From: Octopus vulgaris
Lineage: Eukaryota
Reading direction: 5' to 3'
NCBI GenBank assembly: GCA_951406725.2
Contig: OX597814.1
Coordinates: 166,966,001-167,030,000 of the forward strand
DNA: 64,000 nucleotides
The notes under the pieces are model-generated. The model saw only the letters and a list, made by a program, of their open reading frames with translations. It did not search any database and was not told where the DNA came from. Each line of letters opens with the position of its first letter. The first letter of the stretch is position 1. Both the position numbers and the translations under genes were made by a program. Shown here in pieces: positions 25,646-38,651 of the stretch.

Positions 25646-28600
25646 TTCACTGCGCCGCTATTCACTGCGCCAGAGACTCTGCACAAATAGTGACTGCATC
25701 TTCACGCATCTACCCGGCACTAGACGCACTACTGGCCAAGGCCAAAGCACGCATCCCACAATAACATCAACACCACCAAATAGTAAATCGAAATTCAAAA
25801 CACACACAACTCGGAGTCCCAAAATCTGCCGGTATTCCCAACGTGAGAGAACATGTCTACTGAGTGACTGTCCCTTCACTCATCTTCCAGGGACCCGACG
25901 CACAAACAGAAACGGGGCCTCAAGCCAACACACAAACCTGAATAACAATAAAAATAGAAACACACCATGCTGCAGTAATGCTGGTCCAGTCTTTTCAGGA
26001 AGACACAAAAACAACAACAACAAAAGTGGAAACTACAACCCTATCCAACAGTGCAACCACACCTCCAGCCAAAAACTGCTCCCTAAGCAGGAAAATTCTT
26101 TTTTTAGCCATGTTGAACATGGCAAAAGAGATACACAAAAACATTCTAGCCATCACTCAACACCATCCTATGCTATTACCCCAGTGCACCAATTCCCCAC
26201 ATTGCTGCCACTAACACACACAAAAAATCCAAGCCCCCTGCAACAGTCAAAACCAGCCACTACACTAACCTCCACATTCCTACTCAATGCACAAGGTGTC
26301 AGCCCTTCCATCAATGCACAAAAATGGAAGGTCCAATTCATTGAAGACTGGGTTGGTAACCATTCACACCACATCCCTTTCTTCATTCTCACTGAGACCC
26401 ACCTTGACAACTCCCACTTGGAAGCCGAAGTGAGAGTGAAGAATTTCACAACCATCCGCGCGGATCGTATCGGCAGGAGGAAGGGTGGAACTGCCATTTT
26501 CCTGCATGATTCATTTACGGCAGATGGAAATAGTATATTCTCCAACGGCTACTGTGAATCAGTCACCGTGCACAACAAAGCCAATGATCTGACAGTAATT
26601 GGACTCTATAGGCCGCCCCAAACACCCATACTGTGCTTTAAAGAATGCCTCAACAGCATTAAGTGCTTTATTCAACAGTGCCATTCTAGCAACATACTCA
26701 TGATGGGAGACTTCAATCTACCCTGTGTTGACTGGACTACAAACTGTTTGAAACCAAGCACTCCCGCCTCAACCGCTGACAAAGAAGCAGCAGAGTCACT
26801 TTTCGACTTTACGAATGAGTTTTTCTTGTCCCAACTTGTCCTTGCACCAACAAGACATCAGAACATTTTGGACCTAGTGTTTAGTAACCACACTAACACT
26901 ATACATAACGTTACAGTGGAAAAAACCCTTCTTTCAGACCATGACATGGTTCTCTGTAACATGAAATTCCACCAGCCGAAAGCTAATCCTAGTGACCTTC
27001 CTCCAGCCCACCCATTTGACAACATGGATCTCCATAAAGCCAACTGGGATGCAATCAGGAACGAGCTATCAAATGTTAACTGGTCCTTTACACATACACA
27101 CATCTCCACCAACCATAAAACATCTTGGCAGATCTTTGTAGACACCGTCACAGACATATGTGCAAAACACTCCCCACCAAGACCTGTGAACAAAAAGTGC
27201 AGAATCCCCCAAAACAGAAAAACCATTATCAGAAAAATAAAAAGAACAAACAAAAAAATTAACAAACTAAAGTACTGCCAACAGCAACACACACATTCGA
27301 CGGCTATCGCACTGCTTGAATCCAAAAAATATAACCTCCAACATTGCATGAAGTCCCTCATCAATAACCAAAGATCAGCTGAGGAGAAGTGGGCCATTGA
27401 AAAAATCAAACTCAACCCCAAAGTGTTCTTTTCATTTGCGAGGAAACGCAGGGTCACTGTCTCCACTGTAGGCCCTCTAATTGACGAAACTGGCACTCTC
27501 CAAGATAATGCCAAATCCATGGCCGAGATACTGCAGAAACAATACTGCTCTGTTTTCAGCAATCCTGATATGGCCGATCTGGGCTGTATCAGTGATGTCA
27601 ACCCCCAACACACTATATCGGACATAACGTTTAGTGCCCCTGATGTCTTAGCGGCGATAAACGAAATAAAACACAATTCAGCAGTAGGCCCCGATAGGTT
27701 CCCTGCTTGTGTCCTGAAGGTGTGTCGACACCAACTTGCATCTCCCCTTGCTAATCTGTGGAGAAACTCACTGGATGCTGGCTATATTCCAAAAAACCTT
27801 CTGTCCCAGTCTGTTGTCCCAGTTTTCAAAAAGGGAAACAAGTCCCTTGCAGTGAATTACCGTCCGATCTCACTCACCTCTCATATCATCAAGGTATTTG
27901 AGAGGGTGGTGAGATCTCAAATAACCCAATTTCTGGAAAGCAACAGACGGCTGATCTCCAACCAACATGGGTTCCGTAATGGAAGGGACTGCCTAACGCA
28001 GCTCCTGCATCACTTTGAGGACATTTTGAGAGCTTTGGGAGAGGGCTCCAACACCGATGTCATCTACCTTGATTTCAGTAAGGCCTTCGACAGGGTCGAT
28101 CACAAGATCCTATTGAAAAAACTATCCAACATTGGTGTCTCTGGAAAGTTACTGAAATGGATTAAGTGTTTCCTGACAGACAGATCTCAACATGTTGTAG
28201 TTGAAGGGGTAAAATCAAGCCCAGCCAAAGTCAGTAGTGGCGTTCCGCAAGGCACTGTGCTGGGCCCACTTCTTTTCATCATTTACATTAATGACATTAA
28301 TGACATCATCAAGCACAGCAACATAAAAATCTTTGCAGATGACTCCAAGCTACAGAAGGTCATAAATGAGGCGAGTGACCGGACATGCCTTCAGTCAGAT
28401 CTACTGGCTGTTATCCAATGGGCAGAAAAAAACAATATGCTGCTGAACGAGGATAAATTTGAGCTAATCCACTTTGGAAAAGAGGATGCCCTGAAACTCC
28501 CATACTCCCTTCCTTCAGGTGAAACTCTCACGGCGTCCAACAACATCAGAGACTTGGGAGTAATTGTGGACAACAACGTAAGCTGGGCCACTCATATAAA

Positions 28601-29219
28601 CACCAAAGTTGACATGGCCCGCAGAATGTGTTCCTGGATTCTCAGAACTTTCCAGTCGAGAGATATCCACACCATTATCCTTCTCTTCTCCACTTTTGCC
28701 CGACCCCACCTTGAATACTGTTGTCCACTGTGGTCTCCCCACACAATACAAGGTATCATAAAAGTCGAAGCACCTCAAAGGGCAATCACAAAAAAGATAG
28801 ATGGCATGACAGGCCTCGACTATTGGGGTCGACTAGAAAAGCTAAAACTCTATTCTCTCCAACGTCGTCGTGAGCGCTACATCATCTGCATGATGTGGAA
28901 AATATTCCATCAGCATTGCCCAAATGATGTTGGCATCACCTTTAAGGTACATCCAAGGCTTGGGCCCCGTGCCATCCGCCCAAAACAAAAATCGCACTCT
29001 CATCTCATAACAACAATACGGCACAATTATTTCACCTCAATTGGCCCCGCTCTCTTTAACATTACACCAAAACACATTAAAACAGAAACTGACCCTATAG
29101 GGTTCAAGAAGTCTTTGGACAGATTCCTTCAAGAAATCCCGGATAAACCCCCTACACCCGGATATGTCTCTGTAAACAATAACTCTCTACTTGAGTGGGC
29201 CATAGTGCCCAAATTCTGA
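25644..29219 (+). CDS. LINE ORF1 C-terminal part (tandem CCCH fingers) in frame with endonuclease/reverse transcriptase; no genuine start codon in this copy
   Basis: [20 protein letters not shown]; LNAQG, LTETHL, MGDFN, SDHD (APE); [36 protein letters not shown] (RT). Confidence 0.9.
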
Positions 29220-29309
29220 CTTGAAAGACTTCACCAGGTGGTGCTATTAAGTTAGACATGGCCTGGGCCAATAATGGCCGAAACCTATCAAAGTATCAAA
29301 GTATCAAAG
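25644..29309 (+). mobile_element. Young 5'-truncated CR1/L2-group LINE
   Basis: Uninterrupted frame with CCCH fingers, APE endonuclease and RT; short 3' UTR with GGCCA-ATAA-TGGCC hairpin (29266-29279) and (TATCAAAG)3 tail (29286-29309). Confidence 0.95.
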
Positions 29310-29644
29310 TATATATATATACATATATATATATACATATATATATATACATATATATATATACATATATATATATACATATATGCATGTATTTGTATGC
29401 GTATATGTATGTAAATATATTTATTTATTTATTTATTTATTTATATACATATATACAGAAAATTTTTTTAAAAGGCGAAAACATGTCCATAATGGTCATG
29501 CATAGTTATAAAGAGGGAAAATCAAGATATTATACTTTATAGACGAATATTGTTGGGTTTTTTGTTTCTGCTGCATATTTATTTCCAATTAACTTTTTCA
29601 TGCTTCCTCTAATTAAGAATATTGGTATAATTAAGAATATTTTG

Positions 29645-29850
29645 GCACATGGCCAGCAATTTCGATGGAGGAGTAAGTCGATTACATCGACCACACTGCT
29701 CAAGTTGGTACTTATTTAATCGCTCTGAAAGGATGAAAAGCAAAACCGACCTCGGTGGAATTTGAACTCAGAACGTGAAGGCGGACGAAATACCGCCAGG
29801 CATTTTACCATTTTACCCAGCGTGCTAAAGAATCTGCCAGCTCACTTCTT
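29645..29850 (-). mobile_element. tRNA-derived SINE
   Basis: Reverse complement of the GAGCTGGCAGA...GTTCTGAGTTCAAATTCC...CTTTCATCCTTTC family. Confidence 0.8.
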
Positions 29851-30617
29851 TCTTCTAATTAAATCTGAGATAAATTGCTCATGGAGTTACTTCCCTTGGA
29901 CTCGACGGAAAATTTGTGTTAATTACGTAAATTGATTGAATAATAATAATTTTTTATGACTTACAAATTCATTATTAATACGTTCCAGCAAATTTGAGCG
30001 TGAATATGCCAATCGCTGTAGTATTTTGTCATTGGAGAACAACTTATTTCAGGCGAATTCATGATACACTCGATTCATTAGCATATGGTGTAGCTGGAGA
30101 TAGCTACAGATAAAATATTATTAACCCAGATAAAATATTATTACTATTCTGTATTCTCAAAGATTACGAACAAGCAGAATCGCTACGCACCCACTCCCGT
30201 TAATGCTTTGTGGCATTCCTTCATACTTTACTTCAGAGGTCAAATGCCGATAAAATGGCCGATAAAATGAGTATCAGTTGAACACGGGGGGGGGGGGCGA
30301 TGTAATTGACTTAGCTCCTCACCTGAAATTGCTGGCCTTGTGCCAAAATTTGATTATATAATAACACAAATACGATGAAAATCAGTTTCAGTTCACGAAT
30401 TTCCATCGGATTAAGGTATTTAAAAATCTTATTAGGAAAACGTAATGTTGAAGAGTGAATGCGAATAGCAAAACATTTATTTTAGTACCAGCAAAAACAA
30501 AGGAAGATATGTATTAGAATTTTTCTTGTTATATATCACATTTAAACACATACATTTTTATTCTGATGTTTAATCTTATATCTCACATTCTGTATTTGAC
30601 ATATACTTGTTTTTACA

Positions 30618-30663
<46 letters not shown>

Positions 30664-32040
30664 TGATTCATATTTATAATGTATAATTTATACATTTTAA
30701 TTATTAATATTACAAAGTATAATTTTTATTCTTAATTTTTAATTCGTAATTTTTAATCTTTAATGCTTAATTGTATTGCTTATTTTTAAAGGGATGTAAA
30801 ATTAGATACATAATATTTTGACATAGAACCTGAAGATGTGTTGGAATAATTGTAAATCTGACGATTGCATATTTGTATTTATATATGTATATATATATAG
30901 GTATGCAGTTGTGTATATGTATATATATTGTAATCTTCCAATACTGAAACACGTTAGTTCCTTCATATTTAATAAATATAAGTATTAACTAATTTATGAT
31001 ATAATTAATGAAGCATATTATATACCCAGCTGGTAATTTCGGTTATATCCTTCAAGTATTATTTCGTGATGTGCAAAGTGATACCATGTGTTTACTGTCA
31101 GATATACTCATTAGGTTATTTTTGAATTATCTGAAATAGAATACTTACATATTGATTAATCCCCCAAAATTGAATATTGACTTTTATCAGATACTTTATA
31201 TATTTATAGATAAATATATAAATATACGATAAATAAGACCCCAAAGTTCGATATGCAGATGCATATAACGCTGTAGCGTTACACTTGATCGATTTGCAAA
31301 TTATATATATATATGAGCAAAACGCCCCCACCCCACTCCACCCCGTTTAATGGACGGTGCTGAGTTGTCAAACATTTAAACCAAATTTTCTCAAAACAAC
31401 TTAGTATCAAAGCAACGTAGTATCGATCGCAATAGCTGATGTACTTGCGCGTACAAATGCACGTTCCCACGGCTTTATCGATCGCATTCTCACCTGGAAT
31501 CGATTTTTGTAATGTTTTCAAGACTTATATACGGCCTGATACCATCGGTATCTACATATCAAATTTGACCACAATCAGATGGAGGATGCCCGAGATCCTA
31601 GAAGACACACAGACAGACAGACAGAACGGATTTTATATATGAAATATGTATACATATATATATATACGACTAGCTTCTTTCAGTTTCCATCTACCAAATC
31701 AACTCATAAGGTTTTATATATATATATTAATGGTATTGTTATTGCGTTATTACTTTTGTATATCTTTTTGTTATCTCTACAACAACATGTGTTGTGCGGA
31801 ATCTGATAAAGAGATTAGAGTAGAGTAATAGGCATGGTATATATGAGGAAATTCAATTAAATTCGCTTGACGAAGCACCCACACAGAGCTGTTGCTGAAA
31901 AATATTTAATTATATAGTAATTCTAAAGAACACACTTATATAATGATATAGAGATGTAAAGTCAGCAACTTATAAACCCAATAAACGTAGCGTTTGCTGT
32001 TAAAGCCTGCTATTTTCTGTTCTTGTGTTATATTATTCTT

Positions 32041-32208
32041 GTATGTATGTATGTATGTATGTATGTATGCATGTATGCATGTATGTATGTGTGTATGTAT
32101 GTATTATGTATGTATGTGTGTGTATGGATGAATGTATGGATGAATGTATGTATGTATGTTTGTATGTATGTGTGTGTATGGATGCATGTATGTATGTGTG
32201 TGTGTATG

Positions 32209-32242
<34 letters not shown>

Positions 32243-32547
32243 TGTATGTATGTATGTATGTATGTATGTATGTATGTGTATGGATGTATGTGTGTGTATG
32301 GATGTATGTATGTATGTTTGTATGTATGTATGTACGTACGTATGTATGTTTGTATGTATGTTTGTATGTATGTTTGTATGTATGTATGTATGTATGTATG
32401 TACGTACGTACGTACGTATGTATGTATGTATGTATGTATGTATGTATGTATGTATGTATGTATGTATGTACGTACGTACGTACGTACGTACGTACGTACG
32501 TACGTACGTATGTATGTATGTATGTATGTATGTATGTGTGTGTGTGT
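32041..32547. repeat. (TATG)n/(TACG)n compound microsatellite
   Basis: Directly visible. Confidence 0.97.
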
Positions 32548-32949
32548 AAGAGAGAAATAAGGATAAACGCAGGTTAATATTATAGTCCCTACGCGCATTT
32601 CCTTAATATGGTTGTTTAGAGAATAGGTGATGCGAAACCAATGAAATAGGTGACGCGAAACCAATGGTAGCCTTCTGATGCGTGCGAGTGTGTGTGTCAG
32701 TCCCCGTTTTCTGTCTTTATTTGTGTATGAGACTATCAGATGTGTGTGTAAGAGCGTGTGTGATGAAGCTGTAGTGTGCGTATGTACTGTGTGTACTTGC
32801 GCGTGTGTAAATGTGTGTATGCGCTTTTGTGTGCATGCGTATTTGTTTGTGTGCGGGTGCGTGTTGTGGATAGAGAGATGATGTGGAATAGAGATTACAA
32901 AAGTAGTAGGCATTGAGAAGCGTAGGTGTGTCATATATTTGCTACTGTA

Positions 32950-33279
32950 GGCTTCGCCCTTTGGTCGAACTTGACGGAGGCTTGACATTTGAGTGTCTGC
33001 CTGTGAGTTCAAATCCGACATAAAGGCGAAGCTGACAGATCTTTTAAGGCGGCGAGCTGGCAGAATCGTTAGCACGCCGGGCGAAATGCGTAGCCGTATT
33101 TCGTCTGCCGTTACGTTCTGAGTTCAAATTCCGCCGAGGTCGACTTTGCCTTTCATCTTTTCGGGGTGGATAAATTAAGTACCAGTTGCGCACTGGAGGG
33201 TCGATGTAATCGACTTAATCCCTTTGTCTGTCTTTGTTTGTCCCCGCTATGTTTAGCCCCTTGTGGGCAATAAAGAAAT
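32950..33279 (+). mobile_element. Composite SINE insertion: extra Pol III-like module (32950-33045) plus standard SINE (33048-33279)
   Basis: Perfect 17-bp TSD ATATATTTGCTACTGTA at 32933-32949 and 33280-33296. Confidence 0.88.
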
Positions 33280-33445
33280 ATATATTTGCTACTGTAAGTA
33301 TGGAGACGGGTAGCACGGGGGACTGTAGTGGAAGTATGTGTGCTAGTGTGACTGAAATAGAAAAAAGGAGTATGTGAGTGAGTGAGTGAGAGAGTGGGTG
33401 AGTGAACAAGTGAGTGAGAGAGTGGGTGAGTGAACAAGTGAGTGA

Positions 33446-33514
<69 letters not shown>

Positions 33515-33852
33515 TTGAAGTGTTAGATAATGAGCTAAACTGTGTAATGTAGGTGTGTGGATAACTTTGAGATGGGTGCTGTGTGTGTGCTTGAAGGAAG
33601 AGTTTAGATGAAACGGGGTAGAGAATTTAGACTGTGAGGGTCTAAAGTATGAAGAGAGGAAATTAATTCCTCCACCAGACGGAAACTGGAGTCCTGGTGG
33701 CCTCTATGTAAGGCCAGTCCGAACATAAACAAACGTTGCGGGAATAACCAGTCGAACGAAAATAGCTCGAGATTGCGGTGTCGTTACTGAATCTGATGTC
33801 TTGCAATTTGTTAAATGTACGAGGGGTGGTAAAGAGAGCAGTGGATGGATGG

Positions 33853-34296
<444 letters not shown>

Positions 34297-34820
34297 ATTA
34301 CCAGATTTTGAAATGTTTTTTTTACTTATTTAGCTTGTAGCACGAACTGATGTAAGGGAGATAACATGGTAACAAGTTTGTTAACCAGTTAAGTGGCGAG
34401 CTGGTGGAACCGTCAGATCGGCAGACGAAAATACCTCGCGGTATTTCTTCCGGCTCACTCCGTTCAAAGTTGAAATGCCTTTCACTCTTCCAGGGTCAAT
34501 AAAATAATGTGAGTTAAGTGCTGGAATTCATTTAATTTACGCTTTCCTCCTAAAATTATTGCCCTTAAGTCTAAATTGGAAACATCTATGAATCCAACTG
34601 TTAACAATAATACAATTATGAAAAGATGTTTATAACAGTATTTTAACACCGACTCATTCGTTTAATTAATACTCACTTGATTTAAATTATGCATAAAAAT
34701 TTCAAATTTCAGGGCAAATTTCCTTCCATTGTTTTTCATTGTTTTGGTAGTTTTGTTCAAGGGAGATAACAAGTAATTAACTCCCTTCACAAATATTTTT
34801 TAACAATTAAAACTAGAAAT

Positions 34821-35355
34821 TACGGAAATGTACTTGCATAGCAAGTGACCTGATCTGAGATCGTGTGCTGGAACGAAAACAATTGCAGCATGGAAGGTGT
34901 TTATAAGCCATTTAAGAAACACACAAAAACCGTTAGATTCACTTCAACATTTAAATTTTACGGAGATGTACTTGCATAGCAAGTGATTTGATCTGAGAGC
35001 GTGTGCTGAAACGAAAACAATTGCAGCGTGGAAGGTGTTTGTAAGCCATTTAAGAAATACACAAAAGCCGTTCGATTCACTTCAACATTTAAGTTTAATT
35101 TGTCAAAATATTTTCGTCGCTTTAAGACCGCGACCTGTTCACTGACAAAAATCTGTGCTGCATCAACATTTAAATTTAATTTGTCAAAATATTTTCGTCG
35201 CTTTGAGACCACAACAGCACGGAATTTTGTCAGTGAACAGGTCGCGGCCTCAAAGCGACGAAAATATTTTGGCAAATTAAATTTAAATGTTGAAGTGAAT
35301 CTAACGGTTTTTGTGTGGTTCTTAAATGGCTTATAAACACTTTGCACGCTGCAAT
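34821..35355. mobile_element. Tandem plus inverted pLTR-like repeat array with hammerhead-like motifs on both strands
   Basis: Direct units 34821-34958 and 34959-35160, partial unit 35161-35214, inverted unit 35215-35355. Confidence 0.75.
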
Positions 35356-35959
35356 AATAGAAATGATTTTTAAAAATTGGTTAATTTGGTAAATCAAACA
35401 CTCTTTAACCACTTCTTGAACACAGTTAGCGACACAAGAATATCTCGCCATGTCACTTTTAAGATTATAAGCTGAAATAAAAATAATTGCAATTTCTGTT
35501 ATTTTAAGTCTTCGTGTATATTTTGTTTTAACATGATCACTTTTCTTCCTGCAGGAATAAACTTCATTGATTTTGAGGGAACGAAAGACTGGGAGAAACA
35601 GTTGAGTGCTTGATTACATATCTAAAAACATTAATGCTTCTCTCTATATAGTTTTTCTATGCTGGAAGGGTCATTATACCAATAAGAAAAACAAGCAAAA
35701 TTACTCTTCCAAGATACATCTGTTTCGACATACATTTTCACATCAAGAATCTTGCTAACCAAATACAAAATGAAATTTCCCTACTTTCTAATCTCAAATA
35801 CTATCGGAATCATCTTGGCCCTTCTTTACCATAAAATTGTTTTCAACATCACAAGATGTCCCATCTTCATGAAATATAACCACATGAATCAAAGTAAGAA
35901 CTGTTGTGACTTAAACACTATAAGTAATATATGATGTATAAATAGTATAAACATAACTG

Positions 35960-36152
35960 TGCTGGTGGCACGTAAAAAGCACCCACTACACTCGCGGAGT
36001 GGTTGGCATTAGGAAGGGCATCCAGCTGTAGAAACAGTGCCAGATCAGACTGGAGCCTGGTGCAGCCCCTGGCTTCCCAGACCCCGGTCGAACCGCACAA
36101 CCCGTGCTAGCGCGGAAAACGGACGTTAAACGATGATGATGATGATGATGAT
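35960..36152 (+). mobile_element. RTE-related SINE or LINE 3' end with (GAT)n tail
   Basis: AGGAAGGGCATCCAGCTGTAGAAAC...GGACGTTAAACGATGATGAT; same tail as the RTE LINE at 55165; more copies at 38860-39395 and 50755-51260. Confidence 0.8.
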
Positions 36153-36398
36153 TACAATGTAAATAATGTGTGACATGATAATGAAAATGATGGCTAAATG
36201 CAGTCATGGTTGTGTGGTTATGAAGTTTACTTCCTAACCTTATGTTTTCAGGTTCAGTCCCACCATGTGACACTTTTGGTAAGTGTCTTCTATTATAGCC
36301 CTGGGTTGACCAAAGGCTTATGAGTTTAGTAGTTTGGTAATAGAAACTCAAAGAAACCAGTCCTAATGCATGTGTATGTATGTATATATATATATATA

Positions 36399-37060
36399 CA
36401 AGGGGAAATCAAAAATTATCCGCACTTTCACCATAGCATATCTTTATTATTGTCACACTGCCTTCTGCACATGTGTACTTATAGTTGGTACTATTGTGGT
36501 CACATGATCGAAGTTTGAGCCTGATCACGGCATTTTTCTTTCTGGCTTTACAGTGTAAGCATGGTCACTTCACTAGCAATGTGCACCAAAGAACAAAGAG
36601 CAGTGATTTGATTTCTCTGGTCAGAAGGTGTATCAAGTGCTGAAATTCATTGGAGGCTTTTAGCACAATACAGGGACAGTGCACTACCACATAGAAGTGT
36701 GTATGAGTGGCTCAAGAATTTTAAAAGTGGCCAGACAAGTGTGATGATTGAAGAGAGAGCAGGACACCCATCAACCTCCACCACTGATGAAAAGAGTCAA
36801 CAGGTTCGAGAGATGGTAATGGTGAGCCTGTTCACCATTAACATCTCTCAGATCACTGCTCTCTGTTCTTTGGTGCTCATTGCTAGTGGAGCAGCCATGC
36901 TTACACTGTAATGCCAGAAAGAAAAATGGTGCAATCAAGCTCAAACTTTGAGCACATGACCACAACAGTACCAACTATAAGCATGCATTCACAGAAGACA
37001 GTGTGACAATAATAAAGATATGTTATGGCCAAAGCGCAGATAATTTTTGACTTCCCCTTG
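36399..37060. mobile_element. mariner-derived MITE with duplicated 5' end (~210-bp inverted arms)
   Basis: CAAGGGGAAATCAAAAATTATC...GATAATTTTTGACTTCCCCTTG; both arms contain the transposase start (PLAMCTKEQRAVI); the left arm continues into the HTH region (VYEWLKNFKSGQTSV). Confidence 0.9.
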
Positions 37061-37071
37061 TGTATATATAT

Positions 37072-37272
37072 AGTTAATTCAAACATAAAAACACAAAGAG
37101 AAAACACAACAAGGCTAGGACGTGGAACAAGTATAGTATTATTGAACGCTCAGGAAAGAAGGAGGGTTCATCGTTTCGAGCAGAGCTCTTCATCAGAAAC
37201 ATAGGAAAAGGAAAGATCCAAAGAAGGGAAGACAGAGGAAAAAAAAATCACCAACGGTATACACGCGGTCAC
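37072..37272 (-). mobile_element. Second copy of the ~200-bp hammerhead-containing repeat (motif 37166-37200)
   Basis: GUUU-CUGAUGA-A-GAGC(UCU)GCUC-GAAAC-GAU-GAAC; homologous to 19679-19878. Confidence 0.7.
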
Positions 37273-37389
37273 TCATACATATATATATAAATACACAAAT
37301 ATACACAAATATATATAAACATACACCTATACATATATATTGTATGCATGTATATATATATATAGATATATACATACACACACATGCTG

Positions 37390-37822
37390 ATTTCTAATTG
37401 GAGGGAACATGTGGAAGGGGTAGACCCAGGAAGACGTGGGACAAAGTGGTGAGAAAAGATCTACAAATGTTAGGACTCACAGAGGGGATGACAGGGGACT
37501 GAGACTCCTAGCAGTTCGCTGTGCTTTAAAAGACACATCAAGCTCAGTAAAAGCTTGGTTGCTCTTGCATACAGGCTTGTCTCTTGCAACCCTCTCCAGC
37601 TGAGCATCCCTAATCTCACGGTAATCTCATAAGTACTGGTACCACATAAAAAGCACCCAATACACTCTGTAAAGTGGTTGGTGCTAGGAAGGGCATCCAG
37701 CCATAGAAACCTTGCCAAAACAGACATGGAGCTTGAACAGCCCTTCAGCTAGTCAGCTTCTGTTGAATCGTCCAACCCATGCTTGCATGGAAAATGGACA
37801 TTAAATGGTGATATTGATGATC
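37390..37822 (+). mobile_element. 5'-truncated RTE LINE 3' end
   Basis: EGTCGRGRPRKTWDKVVRKDLQMLGLTEGM C-terminal motif followed by the family 3' UTR and tail. Confidence 0.8.
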
Positions 37823-38258
37823 ACACACACACATAAACACATGTACTCTCCTGTCACAGTTAACAGATGAGGGTTCTGCAATTTCTTGCTGAATGACCTG
37901 CACAGATGATTCGTTTATAGTGATAAAATATTTGTGTTGTGTATTAGTTCATTCCCTCCATCAAACTGACATAGCCAGTACAGGTGCATGGTGTGCACCT
38001 GTACATCAAGTTCCGAAGTGATCACAGAGCAATAGGAAATGAAGTGTTTTGTTCAAGAACACAATGCACCATCCAGGACAGGCATCAAACCCGCAATATC
38101 AAAACCCTACATACAATGCCCTAACCACACACCCTCGTATACACACACATATATATATCTTCTGATATATCTAATGTAGGATAACATTTTTTCGAAAAAA
38201 AAATTTTATCGATGGCCAGCATATTAAAAAATACTTTTAAAGGTTAAATTTATAAACA

Positions 38259-38453
38259 ATTCATAAATAAGGGTAAATATGCAGAAAAATTGGACATATT
38301 GTCCATTAACCATATAATTTTTTCACAATACGCACGCTACTCGAAAAAAGGTCGACAGAAATTTCTAAAAAATGATATGGTTAATGGACAATATGTCCAA
38401 TTTTTCGGTATATTTGGCATCAGAAATTTTTTCGTTTGCCCTTATTTATGAAT
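38259..38453. repeat. Fold-back with a 32-bp perfect inner inverted repeat
   Basis: GAAAAATTGGACATATTGTCCATTAACCATAT (38284-38315) and its reverse complement (38375-38406), plus outer ATTCATAAATAAGGG arms. Confidence 0.85.
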
Positions 38454-38488
38454 ATATTTTGATATTTATATATATATATATATATATA

Positions 38489-38651
38489 TTGGGTCATTCC
38501 ATAAATAATGTGGTTTTTTCAGATGCATGAACTAAAATCCAGAGCGGGACAGGATAGGCTACCTGCATCAACTTGCTATAAAAGCAGGTAGTCATTTTAC
38601 CTTTGCCTTATTCTTAGTGCAAGTTTTGAAGAGTGCAATTCGATTTTAACA
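38489..38651 (+). mobile_element. 5' terminal fragment of the mariner family at 4473-5743
   Basis: TTGGGTCATTCCATAAATAATG...CTTAGTGCAAGTTTTGAAGAGTGCA matches the reverse complement of 5583-5743. Confidence 0.88.

Noticed and set aside
26858-27676. 272-aa minus-strand ORF
   Set aside because: Antisense shadow of the LINE ORF with no recognisable motif.
34821-35355. CRISPR-like appearance of repeated units
   Set aside because: Eukaryotic context, long units without unique spacers and no cas genes.
38385-38425. CUGAUG...CCGAAA on the minus strand of the 38.3-kb fold-back
   Set aside because: A9 and stem II pairing are missing; not supportable as a hammerhead.
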